In this document: piece by piece, positions 54,301-63,366 of the stretch
Numbering within the stretch: position 1 is the first letter of the stretch
Layout of the letters: the number at the start of each line of letters is the position of its first letter
NCBI GenBank assembly: GCA_963849325.1
Contig: CAWKHF010000006.1
Coordinates: forward strand, 288,001-352,000
DNA length: 64,000 nt
Direction of reading: 5' to 3'
DNA from: an uncultured Planctomycetota bacterium
Lineage (GTDB): Bacteria > Planctomycetota > Planctomycetia > Gemmatales > Gemmataceae
The notes under the pieces: generated by a model
What the model was told of the DNA's origin: nothing
What the model saw: only the letters and a program-made list of their open reading frames with translations
The model's database searches: none
Position numbers and translations under genes: made by a program

Positions 54301-57010
54301 GGTTGACGACGCGCTCCTCGCGGTCGCCGGCCTGGATCGTGTCGTAGATGGTCGGCGATTTCATGTTCAGGGCCAACTCCAGCAGCCAGGTGCCGTTGGC
54401 GCGGGCGGTGCCGTATTCGGAGGTCGCGCCGACCGATTGCTTGGCGGCGTAGTCGGCCTCCAGGCTCCAGACGGCATCTTTTTTCAGGTGGGCGACCGGG
54501 ACGGATGACGGCTCGACATGGAACAGTTCGGCCGCGAAGGCCTGGATGTCGCTCTCCGGTATCCAGGGAGCGCCGAGATTGGCGTCGATGTCGCCGGGCA
54601 GCACGTCCTCGGGCTGCACTTCCCGCAAGGCACGGACATTGCGGGCGTATGGCGGGCCGGCAACCTGGGCGGCGGCGAGCTTGGCCCGCACGTTGCCGGA
54701 CAGGTAGGCATCGGCGGTCTGCCAGGTTTTGCTTTCCGGGTCATGGTAGATCAAGTCGCCAAGCTCGGCGATCACCTGCTCCTCGGGCTTCCCATAGAGG
54801 GTGGCGATGAACGGCAGGTCCACCGCGCCTCGTTGGTTGAGGGAAACGAGCAAACCGTCCTCGGCGGTGCGGACATGGGTTATGGGCGGCTTCTTGCCCA
54901 CCACGTCCCGCACCATAATGGCGGCTTTGCTGGCCTTGCCCGTAACCTCGTCGTAATCCTCCAGCGACATGACCAGCATGGCATCGGGGTCTTCCTTGAA
55001 TTTCACGAGGTTGGGCATGCGGCGGATGAGGGTGCCGTCGGCGGTCTGGCCGAAGGTGGTCTTGTTGATCGGCCCGTAGTGGACGGCGAAGCGGTCATAG
55101 GCCCAATTGAGTTCGCGGCGTGCTTCCTCGCGGTTGGACTCGGGCCAGCCTTCGTTCTGCGATTGCAGGACGCGGCGGGCGCGGTCGCGCAGCTCCACGA
55201 GTGCCGCCAGGCGCTTGCCGGTCAGCGTGCCATTGGCTCGGAGCGTCGTGCCGCCATAGACGACGGAAACCCCCTGGCCGCCCTGGGACTGGTAAATGAC
55301 GCGGTCGTCGCCGACGAAGAAGCTGCCCTCACCGATATGCCGCTCCGGCGGCGGCGGGGTGAAGGAAGGGGCAGGTTTGTCCTCGATCCCCGATGGCTGG
55401 ATCGGGTCGAATTTCGGAAGGCGATCAATGGCTTGCCTGAGCTGACTGGCCAGTTCGCCATTACGAAGGACGCTGAACCCCTCGCCATAAAGGGTGTCTT
55501 TGCGGCTCCAGCTGCCAAGGACCATCTCGGGATGGTTCAGGAAGTAGCGGTTGACGGGAACCTCTGCGCCATCGATCTCCAGCGGGGCGATCCCCAGCCA
55601 ATCGGAATCAACATGATTGGCTGGCTCCCCAGGAGCCCGTTTGCGAAGAAACACGATGTCGGTCACCACGGCGGTTCCTTCCCGCTTGAACGCATCCGAT
55701 GGCAACCGGATCGCCCCCACGAAATCGGCCTTGGAGGCGAGATACTCGCGGATAGCGGCGTTCTGCTTATCCAGCGTGAAATGCGACGTGACCAGGGCCA
55801 GGACGCCGCCGGACTTCAAGGCGTCGATGGACTTGGCGAAGAAAAAGTCGTGCAGGGACAGCTTCTGACCGTGATAATCGAGCTTCAAGTCGGCAAAGGG
55901 CACGTTGCCGATCACCGCGTCGATGCGGTCCTCGGGCAGCTTGGTGTCGCGGAAATTCTCGATGCGGATGTCGTGTTCGGGGTGTAAGGCTCTGGCGATG
56001 CGCCCGGAAATCGAGTCCAGTTCGACCCCGATGAAGCGCATTCCTTCCTGGCCACGACTCATGAAATTGCCGATGCCGCAGCCGGGTTCCAGGATCGTGG
56101 CATTGGCCGTTACGCCTAATCGGCCGATAGCGTCAAAGATGCCGGCGATGACGGTGGGCGAGGTGTAAAAAGCGTTGAAAGTCGTGCGCTTGGCGCTGTC
56201 GTACTCGTCCGGCGTGAGCAGCGTCTTCAACTCTTCGCCGAGGGTCTGCCAGCCGGCATCCTTGGTGTGGCCGCTGACAGGATCGGGAAAGATCGACAGG
56301 GCCACCGGCCCGAAGCCGGCAAACCGGGCCAGCGTTTGTTTTTCCTCCGCTGTTGCAGATCGCTGTTGCTGCTCGATGGCCTTGAGGGTACGGATAGCAG
56401 CCAGGATGTCGCGGGCTTTGGCTTTTTCGCCGCTGGCGACAGGTGTGAGGGGAGAGGGATGTTGCGAATGGGAGGTGGTCGTGACCGGAGGGGATGCCTC
56501 CTGTGGTGCCCGTGGTTCCGGCTCAGTGGTGGCCGTGCTGGAAGGAAGGGAGTCAAACAGCGTCGGCTGGCGCCGTGACGCCCTTACCCGCGCGGCGTGC
56601 GACGGCGGAGAAACAGCATGGCCGCGTCGAGGAACAGCGCCTCGCTCTCGTTCGGCAAAGACGCGGAGGGCAAACGATCCTCCATTTCCTTGAGGGCCAA
56701 CTCCAGGGCTTCCGAAGAGACCTGGCTCGGGTCGCTGCCCGGCCTCAGCTGGGACAGCAGTTCCTTCCAGCCTTCGTGGCTGGTCTTCAGCTCCTTGGCG
56801 TAAAACTCCAGCGTCGTCAGGAGCTTGCGGTCCTTCCGCAGCTGCTCGTGCATCCGCGGCCGCTGTTGCAGGAGTTCGTGAATGATCGTCTTGTACTGCA
56901 TGGGAGTCTCCTTCGGTTTCTTGGGTTGCGTTGTCTTCGGACCCAGGGACATTGCCTGGGTCGGCGGGGAATAAGGAGCGTTGGCGCCAGTCCGGCGGTT
57001 TGCGTGCCAT
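51386..57010 (-). CDS. DarB-like N6-adenine methylase/SNF2-type helicase fusion
   Basis: ILEPGCGIG, GNVPF, AHAVGAGKT, IFIDEAH, ATGTPISN, EQREGRILRQGN. Confidence 0.92.
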   Translation of the reverse strand: MARKPPDWRQRSLFPADPGNVPGSEDNATQETEGDSHAVQDDHSRTPATAAADARAAAEGPQAPDDAGVLRQGAEDQPRRLEGTAVPAEAGQRPEPGLFGSPGVGPQGNGGSFALRVFAERERGAVPRRGHAVSPPSHAARVRASRRQPTLFDSLPSSTATTEPEPRAPQEASPPVTTTSHSQHPSPLTPVASGEKAKARDILAAIRTLKAIEQQQRSATAEEKQTLARFAGFGPVALSIFPDPVSGHTKDAGWQTLGEELKTLLTPDEYDSAKRTTFNAFYTSPTVIAGIFDAIGRLGVTANATILEPGCGIGNFMSRGQEGMRFIGVELDSISGRIARALHPEHDIRIENFRDTKLPEDRIDAVIGNVPFADLKLDYHGQKLSLHDFFFAKSIDALKSGGVLALVTSHFTLDKQNAAIREYLASKADFVGAIRLPSDAFKREGTAVVTDIVFLRKRAPGEPANHVDSDWLGIAPLEIDGAEVPVNRYFLNHPEMVLGSWSRKDTLYGEGFSVLRNGELASQLRQAIDRLPKFDPIQPSGIEDKPAPSFTPPPPERHIGEGSFFVGDDRVIYQSQGGQGVSVVYGGTTLRANGTLTGKRLAALVELRDRARRVLQSQNEGWPESNREEARRELNWAYDRFAVHYGPINKTTFGQTADGTLIRRMPNLVKFKEDPDAMLVMSLEDYDEVTGKASKAAIMVRDVVGKKPPITHVRTAEDGLLVSLNQRGAVDLPFIATLYGKPEEQVIAELGDLIYHDPESKTWQTADAYLSGNVRAKLAAAQVAGPPYARNVRALREVQPEDVLPGDIDANLGAPWIPESDIQAFAAELFHVEPSSVPVAHLKKDAVWSLEADYAAKQSVGATSEYGTARANGTWLLELALNMKSPTIYDTIQAGDREERVVNQEATMAAREKQKLIKERFRSWVFSDPGRTERLVRTYNDIYNNLRPRLFDGSHLDFPGMNQTIRLRPHQDDAVWRGMSSGNTLLAHAVGAGKTFTMTATGMKMKQAGLIKKPMYVVPNHLLEQFAREFMQLYPNARLLVAAKEDLTRERRKMLTAKIASGEWDGIIVTHSSFERIGMSRDYQEKFLTEQIAEYDELLREHAADRGANRNLIKTIEKQKAARAERLKDLLAEDKKDDGLVFDELGVDHIFIDEAHYFKNLETPTKMERVAGIQTGGSERAFDVYMKARYLDEQHPGHGVTFATGTPISNTMVEMYTMQRFLDPEGLQARGLEHFDAWAATFGEVIDTMEISPDGASLRPRSRFARFTNLPELQQMFRAFADVQTAEMLDLPRPSLEGGKPIVVACPMSEEQHALQQELVERYEQLRSQKVDPRVDNALNITTDGRKLATDARMLSPTAPDFPESKVNRLVENVASIWKKTAATRGTQMIFADMGVNPTPWGYSPYQDIIKKLIAHGIPREQIAAIGEAESDAKKQALFEKVRQGSVRVLIGSTQKMGTGTNVQKRLVALHHLDAPWKPAEVEQREGRILRQGNENEEVAIYRYVTEGSFDAYMWQALETKARFIAQVITGDNAARRAEDIGGQELSYAEVKAIASGNPAVLTLAEADAELQRLNLLNKNHLDEQYVARRSVRDLPSTIDSLHERLSKLTADEATATAHASDPITLGKRPWSREDAPSVLADQLDHLPRNVRDTTRVPLGTYRGLRFGLVLHPQFPPDVYLEGAITRQATLSREHQGPRAVLNALERLAGGYGSECVRVRQDLSIAESQLRDYQARLGKPFPHDQYLNELTELRDRLKVKLSATGHESGEERGPTTSALADRIKALKAANTIEATPQRARQKHSSAEEPVTARIRRRQEAHPVSDQAVETDGEWGAGEVLPGAAPEDSTGKPPMSFRERIALERQRQDQGPDLP
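56584..56901 (-). CDS. Small helical protein (TnpV-like) nested out of frame in the helicase 5' region
   Basis: AAGGAG RBS, MQYKTIIHELLQQRPRMHEQLRKDRKLL...SEALELAL. Confidence 0.6.
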   Translation of the reverse strand: MQYKTIIHELLQQRPRMHEQLRKDRKLLTTLEFYAKELKTSHEGWKELLSQLRPGSDPSQVSSEALELALKEMEDRLPSASLPNESEALFLDAAMLFLRRRTPRG

Positions 57011-57089
57011 CGTCAGGAGCCGCCAGCAAAACCCGGCTCCCGGCCCCTGGCCCGGCCAGCTGGTGGCGGCCCTGCCTCTGCCGGTGTCG

Positions 57090-57299
57090 TCATCGTGATC
57101 TGCCCAGGCCGGGATCGTGGCCGCGTGAACCGAAGGCGTCTTTACAGACCTGGCTCACCGCCACCCCGGCCATGACAATCATGGAACCGATGGCAACGTA
57201 CTGAAGAATCATGGCCATGCGGTCGTTGCCGCAATTGCGGGACATGGCCTGGGCTTGCGGGCTAAGCTCGTGCAGGGAATAGGTCGGCGGCACGGTCAT
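57090..57299 (-). CDS. Small hypothetical membrane protein
   Basis: 69 aa, one TM segment, operonic position. Confidence 0.55.
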   Translation of the reverse strand: MTVPPTYSLHELSPQAQAMSRNCGNDRMAMILQYVAIGSMIVMAGVAVSQVCKDAFGSRGHDPGLGRSR

Positions 57300-57314
57300 G
57301 GAGCAGCGGCCACC

Positions 57315-57758
57315 TTAGAAGGGCACTTCCTGGCTGGTATCGATGCCCTTCTGCTGGCGGACCATCTGACGGACCTCTTGATAGAGTCGTTCCGCCTCAA
57401 TGCGCGTGGTCATGGCCGAATCCGGTCGGAGGGGATGTACCCAGATTTTGTCCAGCGGGTTCCAGCGGTAGCCGGCCTCTTTGAGCGTGTCGATGACCTC
57501 CTGATTCGGCTTGTCCTGCAGGCGACCTTCGCCAAACTTGAGGGCCATCTGGCGGTCCTGCTTGCTCTCGAAGAGGCGGACGCCCGCCAGCGTATCGATG
57601 GCGATGAGGTAGGGATCGGGAGCGGAAAAACGTTGGCGTTGACCGACCCGTTCCGCGAAGCTCGGTTTGTCTGCACCGGCCTCGGCTGCCGGCGGCTCGG
57701 CGACGCCTGTAGCTGTTTCTGCTGGCAGTTCCTCATCGGGTGTGCGTTTACGTGACAT
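57315..57758 (-). CDS. Hypothetical mobile-element protein
   Basis: AAGGAGG RBS; KPNQEVIDTLKEAGYRWNPLDKIW; ends in EVPF. Confidence 0.7.
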   Translation of the reverse strand: MSRKRTPDEELPAETATGVAEPPAAEAGADKPSFAERVGQRQRFSAPDPYLIAIDTLAGVRLFESKQDRQMALKFGEGRLQDKPNQEVIDTLKEAGYRWNPLDKIWVHPLRPDSAMTTRIEAERLYQEVRQMVRQQKGIDTSQEVPF

Positions 57759-58296
57759 GATGATCCTCCTTGTTGATGTGCGGGGCAATCCTTAAGCCCC
57801 ATTAACGATTTTAGCACAGTTGCAAACGCTCGCGCAAGAGGCTGGCTGCGGGTTTGCGCGTCTTGCCATGCACAAAATTGAGGGTTTCTGCTGCTGGCGA
57901 GGGGGTAGTACCTCTGCAATCGGCAGGAATGGGGGCTGCTGATGGCTTGTTTGTGGCGTCCTTGTGCGCCCGGAGCAGCCGCCGCCGCCCATCGCCCAAA
58001 CTTTTCCGTCCAGGGCCCCAGGACGGGGTCAGGGATGCCACGCCCTGGGGGGACGGAAAAGTTTCCAGGCGGCCCTTCGTGGAAAGCCATGGGGTGCTGC
58101 GTTCGGGTCTTTGGGAAGGCGATCTTGCATCCGGAAGGGCATGGACGCTGAAAACGCCCTGTCTGCTGGTTGGGGTTGCCTGAAGGATGTTTCACGCTTC
58201 CCGCCCCTGTTTGCGGCCGATTTAGGGCTATGCCGGCGTGAGGGGGCACCATTCTTATTCCTGAATGCCCCTGAACGCTCCACCATGCCTTCTGAC

Positions 58297-58635
58297 TTAT
58301 CCACAAGTCCGCAGCCAAAAGCTACAGGTAAGTAAGATATAGGTAACTATAATATAGGTTTGTGCGACCAACTTACCGTGGCGGAACCCGCAGTTTTCCG
58401 TCGGGGCCGCGACCAAGTTACCGTGGACCCCGCGACCAAGTTACCGTGGATAACTTTCCTTCCGCGCTACTTATCCACAGGAATAGTCACACAGGAGGAG
58501 CGCGACCAAGTTACCGTGGCTACGGCACGGGCGTTCAAGCGGTTACGGGGTTCTGCTGGATCGCCTTCTCCACCCCCATTCCTTGAGAAGCTGCGGCCTT
58601 TCGCCATGATTGCGAGCGCGACCAACTTACCGTGG
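58297..58635. promoter_or_regulatory. Plasmid-type replication origin: five iterons, DnaA boxes, AT-rich tract
   Basis: (c)gcgaccaa[g/c]ttaccgtgg at 58364, 58408, 58431, 58501, 58617; TTATCCACA at 58297 and 58471; AT-rich 58328-58360. Confidence 0.85.
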
Positions 58636-58687
58636 TTCATTTGCTGTAATTCAAGGCGTTGGTGTTCCGGCCGCACGTAGGGCTTGG

Positions 58688-59603
58688 TCACAGCAACTTT
58701 GGAGCGGTGGGCTGGCGTGCGACAGGAGGCGGACTGTGCGATAAGGTCAGGCCGCCATCGTCGGCTGAGATACGGGCGGCTGGATAGGCCGAGGCGACAT
58801 GATGGAGGGTTTGCAGGAACCTGCGACGGAAGTCGCGGACGCGGGCGAATCCTTGCCCGAATTGTTCGTGAAGGGAACTCCACGCGACAAATTGCGGCTT
58901 TGTGGCGGGCACACGGTGAAGCCTTTGGGCAAGCCAAACGTAGATGTCGAGGGCCATGGACGACGAGGACAAAGCGGCCACCGCCCGGTGGTCCAGAGGG
59001 ACGGCGTGCTGGCCTAAGCTCTGGAAATACTCTTCGCTCAGGCGGACGGTGGACGGCCAAAGGACGCGCTGGTCGGCCTGCTTGGGGAACCACAGGTCGA
59101 AGGCGCTGACGAACTGGGTGTTGACCTGGACGGCCCTTCCCTCTTCCACCACGCCCATGCGGCACGGTCGCGGCGGCAAGGCGGGCGAGTTGGTCTTTGA
59201 GCGAGCGGAGTTGCTGCCCGTTGGTTTCGAGGCCAAGCGAGCGGGCGAATGCGGTCATGGATTCCTCGACATCGACGACCGGCGATCCGGTGCGGACGGC
59301 TTCGGTCGCCAGGTGGATGAGTACAAGTCTGGGCTTTTCGCCATAAGGCAACCCCAGCCTCTTGAAGTCGCCGGTGCTGGGGTCAATGGCGGAACCCGCC
59401 TCGATGCGGAGCGACGCCTTGCCCTGCCGGCGATCCCATTCGAGAACGCCCTCGCCGGGGTTTTTGTAAGGGATGCCACACTGACACTGGACCGCGTGGA
59501 GGAAATTGATCCTGTCTGGCGGCGCATTGCGGATCGCGGTTGACGTGTCGAGAAGCCGTTGCTGGTGTTTGGTGAGAGTCAGCCTCGCATAGTCCTTGGT
59601 CAT
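58688..59603 (-). CDS. repA: Plasmid replication initiator, RepA_C family; frameshift near 59160
   Basis: GLPYGEKPRLVLIHL, LWPSTVRLSEEYFQSL..HAVPLD, SSMALDIYVWLAQRL. Confidence 0.88.
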
Positions 59604-59617
59604 GCCCGTCTGCCCCG

Positions 59618-59974
59618 TCAGCTCAGATAGCCGTTTGCGCGGAGCCAGGGTTCCAGGGCTTCTTCGAGTATGTCCTGAAGCGTGTTGGGGGTCGTGCCGC
59701 TGAGTTGCCGTTCCAGTGACGCTCGTTTGAGGGCGGTTGCGTAGTCGGTGCGGATTCTCGTGGTCAGCGGCTGACGGCCGACGGCGTTGACCGCCTGCGC
59801 CTTCCCTTCCCGCGTCTCCGTTACCCGTGCTTGCGGCGGGTTAGAGTCGGGAGCTTTCGGCTTGCGGGCAAACACGAAATCGTCTTCGACGGCGGGATCG
59901 ACGTTGCTGGCCGCGTTGATGCCCGCCACGAGCGGCCTGCGTTCCTTCACAGTCTTTACACCCTTGGCTGTCAT
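59618..59974 (-). CDS. Putative ParG/RHH-like centromere-binding protein
   Basis: Overlaps the parA stop; C-terminal RQPLTTRIRTDYATALKRASLER...LQDILEEALEPWL. Confidence 0.6.
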   Translation of the reverse strand: MTAKGVKTVKERRPLVAGINAASNVDPAVEDDFVFARKPKAPDSNPPQARVTETREGKAQAVNAVGRQPLTTRIRTDYATALKRASLERQLSGTTPNTLQDILEEALEPWLRANGYLS

Positions 59975-60657
59975 CCGGCGGCCTTCCTGCGGAAGCGAGA
60001 CGACGACTTGATCTTTGCGGCACTTGGCAGCACCTCGCGGAATAGTGTATCGACTTCCTCGGCGGCCTCTTTGCCCCGAGAGCCAAGTTGCCAAACGACA
60101 GCCCCCTGGCCGGGGGCATCGGCATAAATCTGTTTCAAGGTCAGCGCCGTTTCGGCAAGCGGTAACTCCAGCGCAGTGGCTGCGTCTTTCATATCCTGGG
60201 TAAGCCGGTACGTTTTGCCGACCATGCTCAGCACGATCACGGCCTGCGGCTGGCCTCCCCGGATGTCCTGGGCTTGTCGCAGAACACTGGTGGCCTGGGC
60301 CAGTGCCCGGACTTCCAACATGCTCGCCTTGCAGGGCACGATGGCAAGGTCCGCGCGCAAGAGCAACGCCCGGCTCGTCTCGGTGTTGCTCCCCGGACCG
60401 TCGGCGACAACGAACTCGGTCTGCTGGGCCAGGATCGGCAGGCGGTCGAGGATTTCATCGGGGTCGGCGAGTCGCACGGCCCTCACCTCGGGAGCTGCTT
60501 CTTTAGCCCACTCGGATGAGGATTGCTGCGTGTCGCAGTCGGCGAGCGTGACGCTGTGCCCCTGCTGCTGTAGCCAGGCGGCGAGATGGACGGCGATGGT
60601 CGATTTTCCGACTCCGCCTTTGGAATTGGCAATGACGATAATCATGGGCCGGACCAT
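59971..60657 (-). CDS. parA: Short type Ib ParA partition ATPase
   Basis: NSKGGVGKST, LADCDTQQS, VVADGPG, ADLAIVPC. Confidence 0.93.
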   Translation of the reverse strand: MVRPMIIVIANSKGGVGKSTIAVHLAAWLQQQGHSVTLADCDTQQSSSEWAKEAAPEVRAVRLADPDEILDRLPILAQQTEFVVADGPGSNTETSRALLLRADLAIVPCKASMLEVRALAQATSVLRQAQDIRGGQPQAVIVLSMVGKTYRLTQDMKDAATALELPLAETALTLKQIYADAPGQGAVVWQLGSRGKEAAEEVDTLFREVLPSAAKIKSSSRFRRKAAG

Positions 60658-60659
60658 AC

Positions 60660-60870
60660 AACGTTGCTTTCATGCTGGCAAGCAATATGTGCGTCAGGCT
60701 GGCGAGATGGCGTGAAAGCAAGATGGGTGGACGGCCAGCTTGCAAGCCTACCGTCATGATCGCAAGCCATACAGCTTTCATGCTGGCAGGACGGCCAGCC
60801 GGAAAGAAAGCGGGCTGTCACGACACACGGCCAGCAAGCAAGCATGACAGCAAGCTGGCTAGTCAGGCGG
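60660..60870. repeat. Degenerate GCNN-periodic repeats upstream of parA; candidate parS/operator
   Basis: gctttcatgctggca twice; gccagcaagcaagcatgacagcaagctggctag. Confidence 0.5.
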
Positions 60871-61359
60871 CTGACCGCTGGAACGGTTCCATTCTGCCTA
60901 TGCCGTGCATAGGGAAGACGCCTGTCAACCTGGATTGCATTGTGAGGACGGCAAAAGTGCCCGGTTGCCACGTCCGGGAAACGTGGGTTTCTGCTGGTTC
61001 GTGGGAGGCCGGGGCGTGCCGGTGGCGGCATGGGGTGGCGGGGTGCGCCGATCCCGGCAGCTTGCTCGCGGAGCTGTCGGGAAAGCCCCCGCCCGCCAAG
61101 GGCGGTGGTCGCGTTTGTCAGGGGGGGACGATGCAGCCGAACGCCGGCGACCGCCGGCGTTCGGAACCTTGATGCTCAGCGAACTCGCGGTAGGCGACAT
61201 TCGTGGGGGCGGCTGGGGCCGGTTGGAGCCAGAGGAGGCTCATGGGGAGGCCGCGGAGGAGAGGTAGCCAATGGAGCCGGGACGGGCTGTCCCGGTCGGT
61301 TTCGGGGTGATGATCCGGAGCGGGTAGGAGGCCGGGCGGTCAAGCCCGGCCTGCTTTGG

Positions 61360-61860
61360 TTAGAACCGGATTTCGTCCGGCGTTGGTGGCTCGCAAGGCT
61401 TCTTGGTCCGACGCCGTTTCGGCTTCTGCTGGCCCGACGCCGGGAACAGCTCCTCAGCGGTACGCAGGATGGTGTTTCGGGTGATGCCGTGGTCTGCGTC
61501 ATGGTGATGATCGACCCGTTGCAGGACCTCCCATGCCTGATCGGCGGTCAGGTCGGGGCGTAGTTCCTGCACGTCCTCGATGCCCCAGATGGCCGCGATC
61601 TGCTTGTCGTGATGAAGGGTCCAGTGCGGGTAAGGGGGCAGCACCCAGCCGCCGCCCTGCAGGTTGAGGGCGGCAACCAGCATCCGGGCCTTGGCCTCGG
61701 CTATGGCCGCTTCGTCGGTGTCCGGCTCATCCCAGAAGTGGAGCTGAAGGATGCACTGGCCGTCCGCATCCTCGATGAGGAAGGTGTTGTCGCAGCCGTC
61801 GCTACTGCGGTGGTAGCTGTAGCGGTCTGTCGTCGGGTTGGTGTCCTGGTTATTCGGCAT
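61360..61860 (-). CDS. Hypothetical mobile-element protein
   Basis: GGAGG RBS; IAAIWGIEDVQELRPDLTADQAWEVLQRV..HHDADHGIT. Confidence 0.7.
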   Translation of the reverse strand: MPNNQDTNPTTDRYSYHRSSDGCDNTFLIEDADGQCILQLHFWDEPDTDEAAIAEAKARMLVAALNLQGGGWVLPPYPHWTLHHDKQIAAIWGIEDVQELRPDLTADQAWEVLQRVDHHHDADHGITRNTILRTAEELFPASGQQKPKRRRTKKPCEPPTPDEIRF

Positions 61861-62023
61861 AGGCTGCCTCCAGGCCGAAGAGCTGTTCTGCTTCGTAGCC
61901 GACCGGCAGGCCGTCTTCATCGAAGCGGAGCGGTGTGGTCTGAATCAGGTCGCGGATTTCGTTGGGGTCCCAGGCATAGGGGTCCAGGTCTTCGTAGAGC
62001 GGGATGTCGAGGGGATGGGTCAT
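61850..62023 (-). CDS. Small acidic hypothetical protein (57 aa)
   Basis: Manual translation MTHPLDIPLYEDLDPYAWDPNEIRDLI...AAYAE; AAGGAG RBS; overlaps next start. Confidence 0.55.
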   Translation of the reverse strand: MTHPLDIPLYEDLDPYAWDPNEIRDLIQTTPLRFDEDGLPVGYEAEQLFGLEAAYAE

Positions 62024-62062
62024 GTGCGGTCTCCTTCCTAAAGTTGCAGGCCGCCCCGTGCG

Positions 62063-62207
62063 GCCTTTCCGGGGTCGGTCCCAAGCCGCCCCAGGGCGGA
62101 GGCGCAGCGCACGTGCAAGCGAAAGGCCGAAGGCTTCCGCGCAGCGGAAAGCGGCCTTGGCAGCTTGCAGGCTCCGGCGGGCGGCTTACGACCCTGGAGG
62201 GAAAGGC
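62063..62207. promoter_or_regulatory. Long nested imperfect hairpin, candidate ssDNA promoter/ssi (Frpo-like)
   Basis: Nested pairs gcctttcc/ggaaaggc, gggtcg/cgaccc, aagccgccc/gggcggctt, tgcaagc/gcttgca, aaggccg/cggcctt, ttccgc/gcggaa. Confidence 0.55.
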
Positions 62208-62386
62208 GGCGGGCGGTGTGTGACGAGACGGGCAAGGGATCGCGGGTGAGTCGGACCTGGCAGCCGGATCAGCGAGAAACCGTGCCAAGCCGAGGGGCGA
62301 GAAGGAGGGCGCCCGTGGTCCGGCCATGAGAGCGAAGGCGACGGGGGCGTCCGGGACGATAGGCGGGCTTCGTCAGCGGGTGGAGA

Positions 62387-63244
62387 TCAGACGCCGCACA
62401 TGCCGTCGCACTCCCCGGCGGTCATCGGGTCCACGGCTTCGGGAGCCAGAGTGTCGAAGTCGATGGCGAGCAACGGGAGACAGGAGCGGTGCAGATAGAG
62501 CTTCTGGTCCATGCCGCGATTGACTACGTTGCCCTCTTGCCGGAGGGCCTCGTCGATGGCGACGGCCCGTGCCCAGCCGGTCGGGTCGGATCGCCGCAGC
62601 TCCGCCCACTCCCGATTGGTATGGAAGGGACAGAACACGCAGGCGGAACGCGGGACGGGATGAGGCACGCGCTCGTGCAGCCAAGCCAAGCAATCCTGCC
62701 GCGTCCAGCCCATGTCCAGGAACGGGTAGACCGGCTTGGCCCAGGTCATCCCCTCGAAACGCCGCTTGGCACGGGCGGCTCTCCCGGCTTCATCTAGCGT
62801 GATGCCGAAATACTGGTGGACGAGGACGCCGCGCGGGATACGTTGCCGCGGTCGCAGGCCCAGCAAGTCCCGGCGGATGGCCCGCTCGATTACTTCCACT
62901 TTGTACTCCGCGGTGCATTGCCGGCGGACTCGTCCAGCCCGGAGTTCGCCGGGCGGTCGGGTGCGATGGTCGGGGGCGGTGAAGGCGGGGATGGAGGCGA
63001 AGCGGTGGCCCGTCGAGTTGCGGCCTTGCTGGAGATCGTCGCCCAGCCGCCCGGCGGTGCGGACCCAGATCGGCGGCTTGCCCAGGGAGAAGAGCCAAGC
63101 CAGGTGGCGGTAAACGGCGGCCGGTTCCTCCCCGGTATCGGCGAAGATGGCCACGTCGCAGGGGATGCGACCTTCGCGGGCCAAGAGGTAGAGGGCCGTG
63201 GATTGGACGCCGGCGCCGAGGTTGAGGACATGATATTCCGCCAT
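62387..63244 (-). CDS. PAPS reductase-like PP-loop protein with Cys clusters
   Basis: LNLGAGVQST, IFADTGEE, RQCTAEYK, RSACVFCPF, ECDGMCGV. Confidence 0.75.
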   Translation of the reverse strand: MAEYHVLNLGAGVQSTALYLLAREGRIPCDVAIFADTGEEPAAVYRHLAWLFSLGKPPIWVRTAGRLGDDLQQGRNSTGHRFASIPAFTAPDHRTRPPGELRAGRVRRQCTAEYKVEVIERAIRRDLLGLRPRQRIPRGVLVHQYFGITLDEAGRAARAKRRFEGMTWAKPVYPFLDMGWTRQDCLAWLHERVPHPVPRSACVFCPFHTNREWAELRRSDPTGWARAVAIDEALRQEGNVVNRGMDQKLYLHRSCLPLLAIDFDTLAPEAVDPMTAGECDGMCGV

Positions 63245-63366
63245 GTAGGTCCGTAGCTGTTGCGATATGACCCGACAGGAATAGCATGCCGGTGCTGGCG
63301 TGGCAACCGGGTTGATGCGGGCGGCAGGATCAGTTTCCGGCTCCATTGCGGAGTAGTCCCGCCCGA

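Noticed and set aside
58364-58635. 19-bp repeats with variable spacing as a CRISPR array
   Set aside because: Irregular spacing, DnaA boxes and adjacent repA indicate iterons
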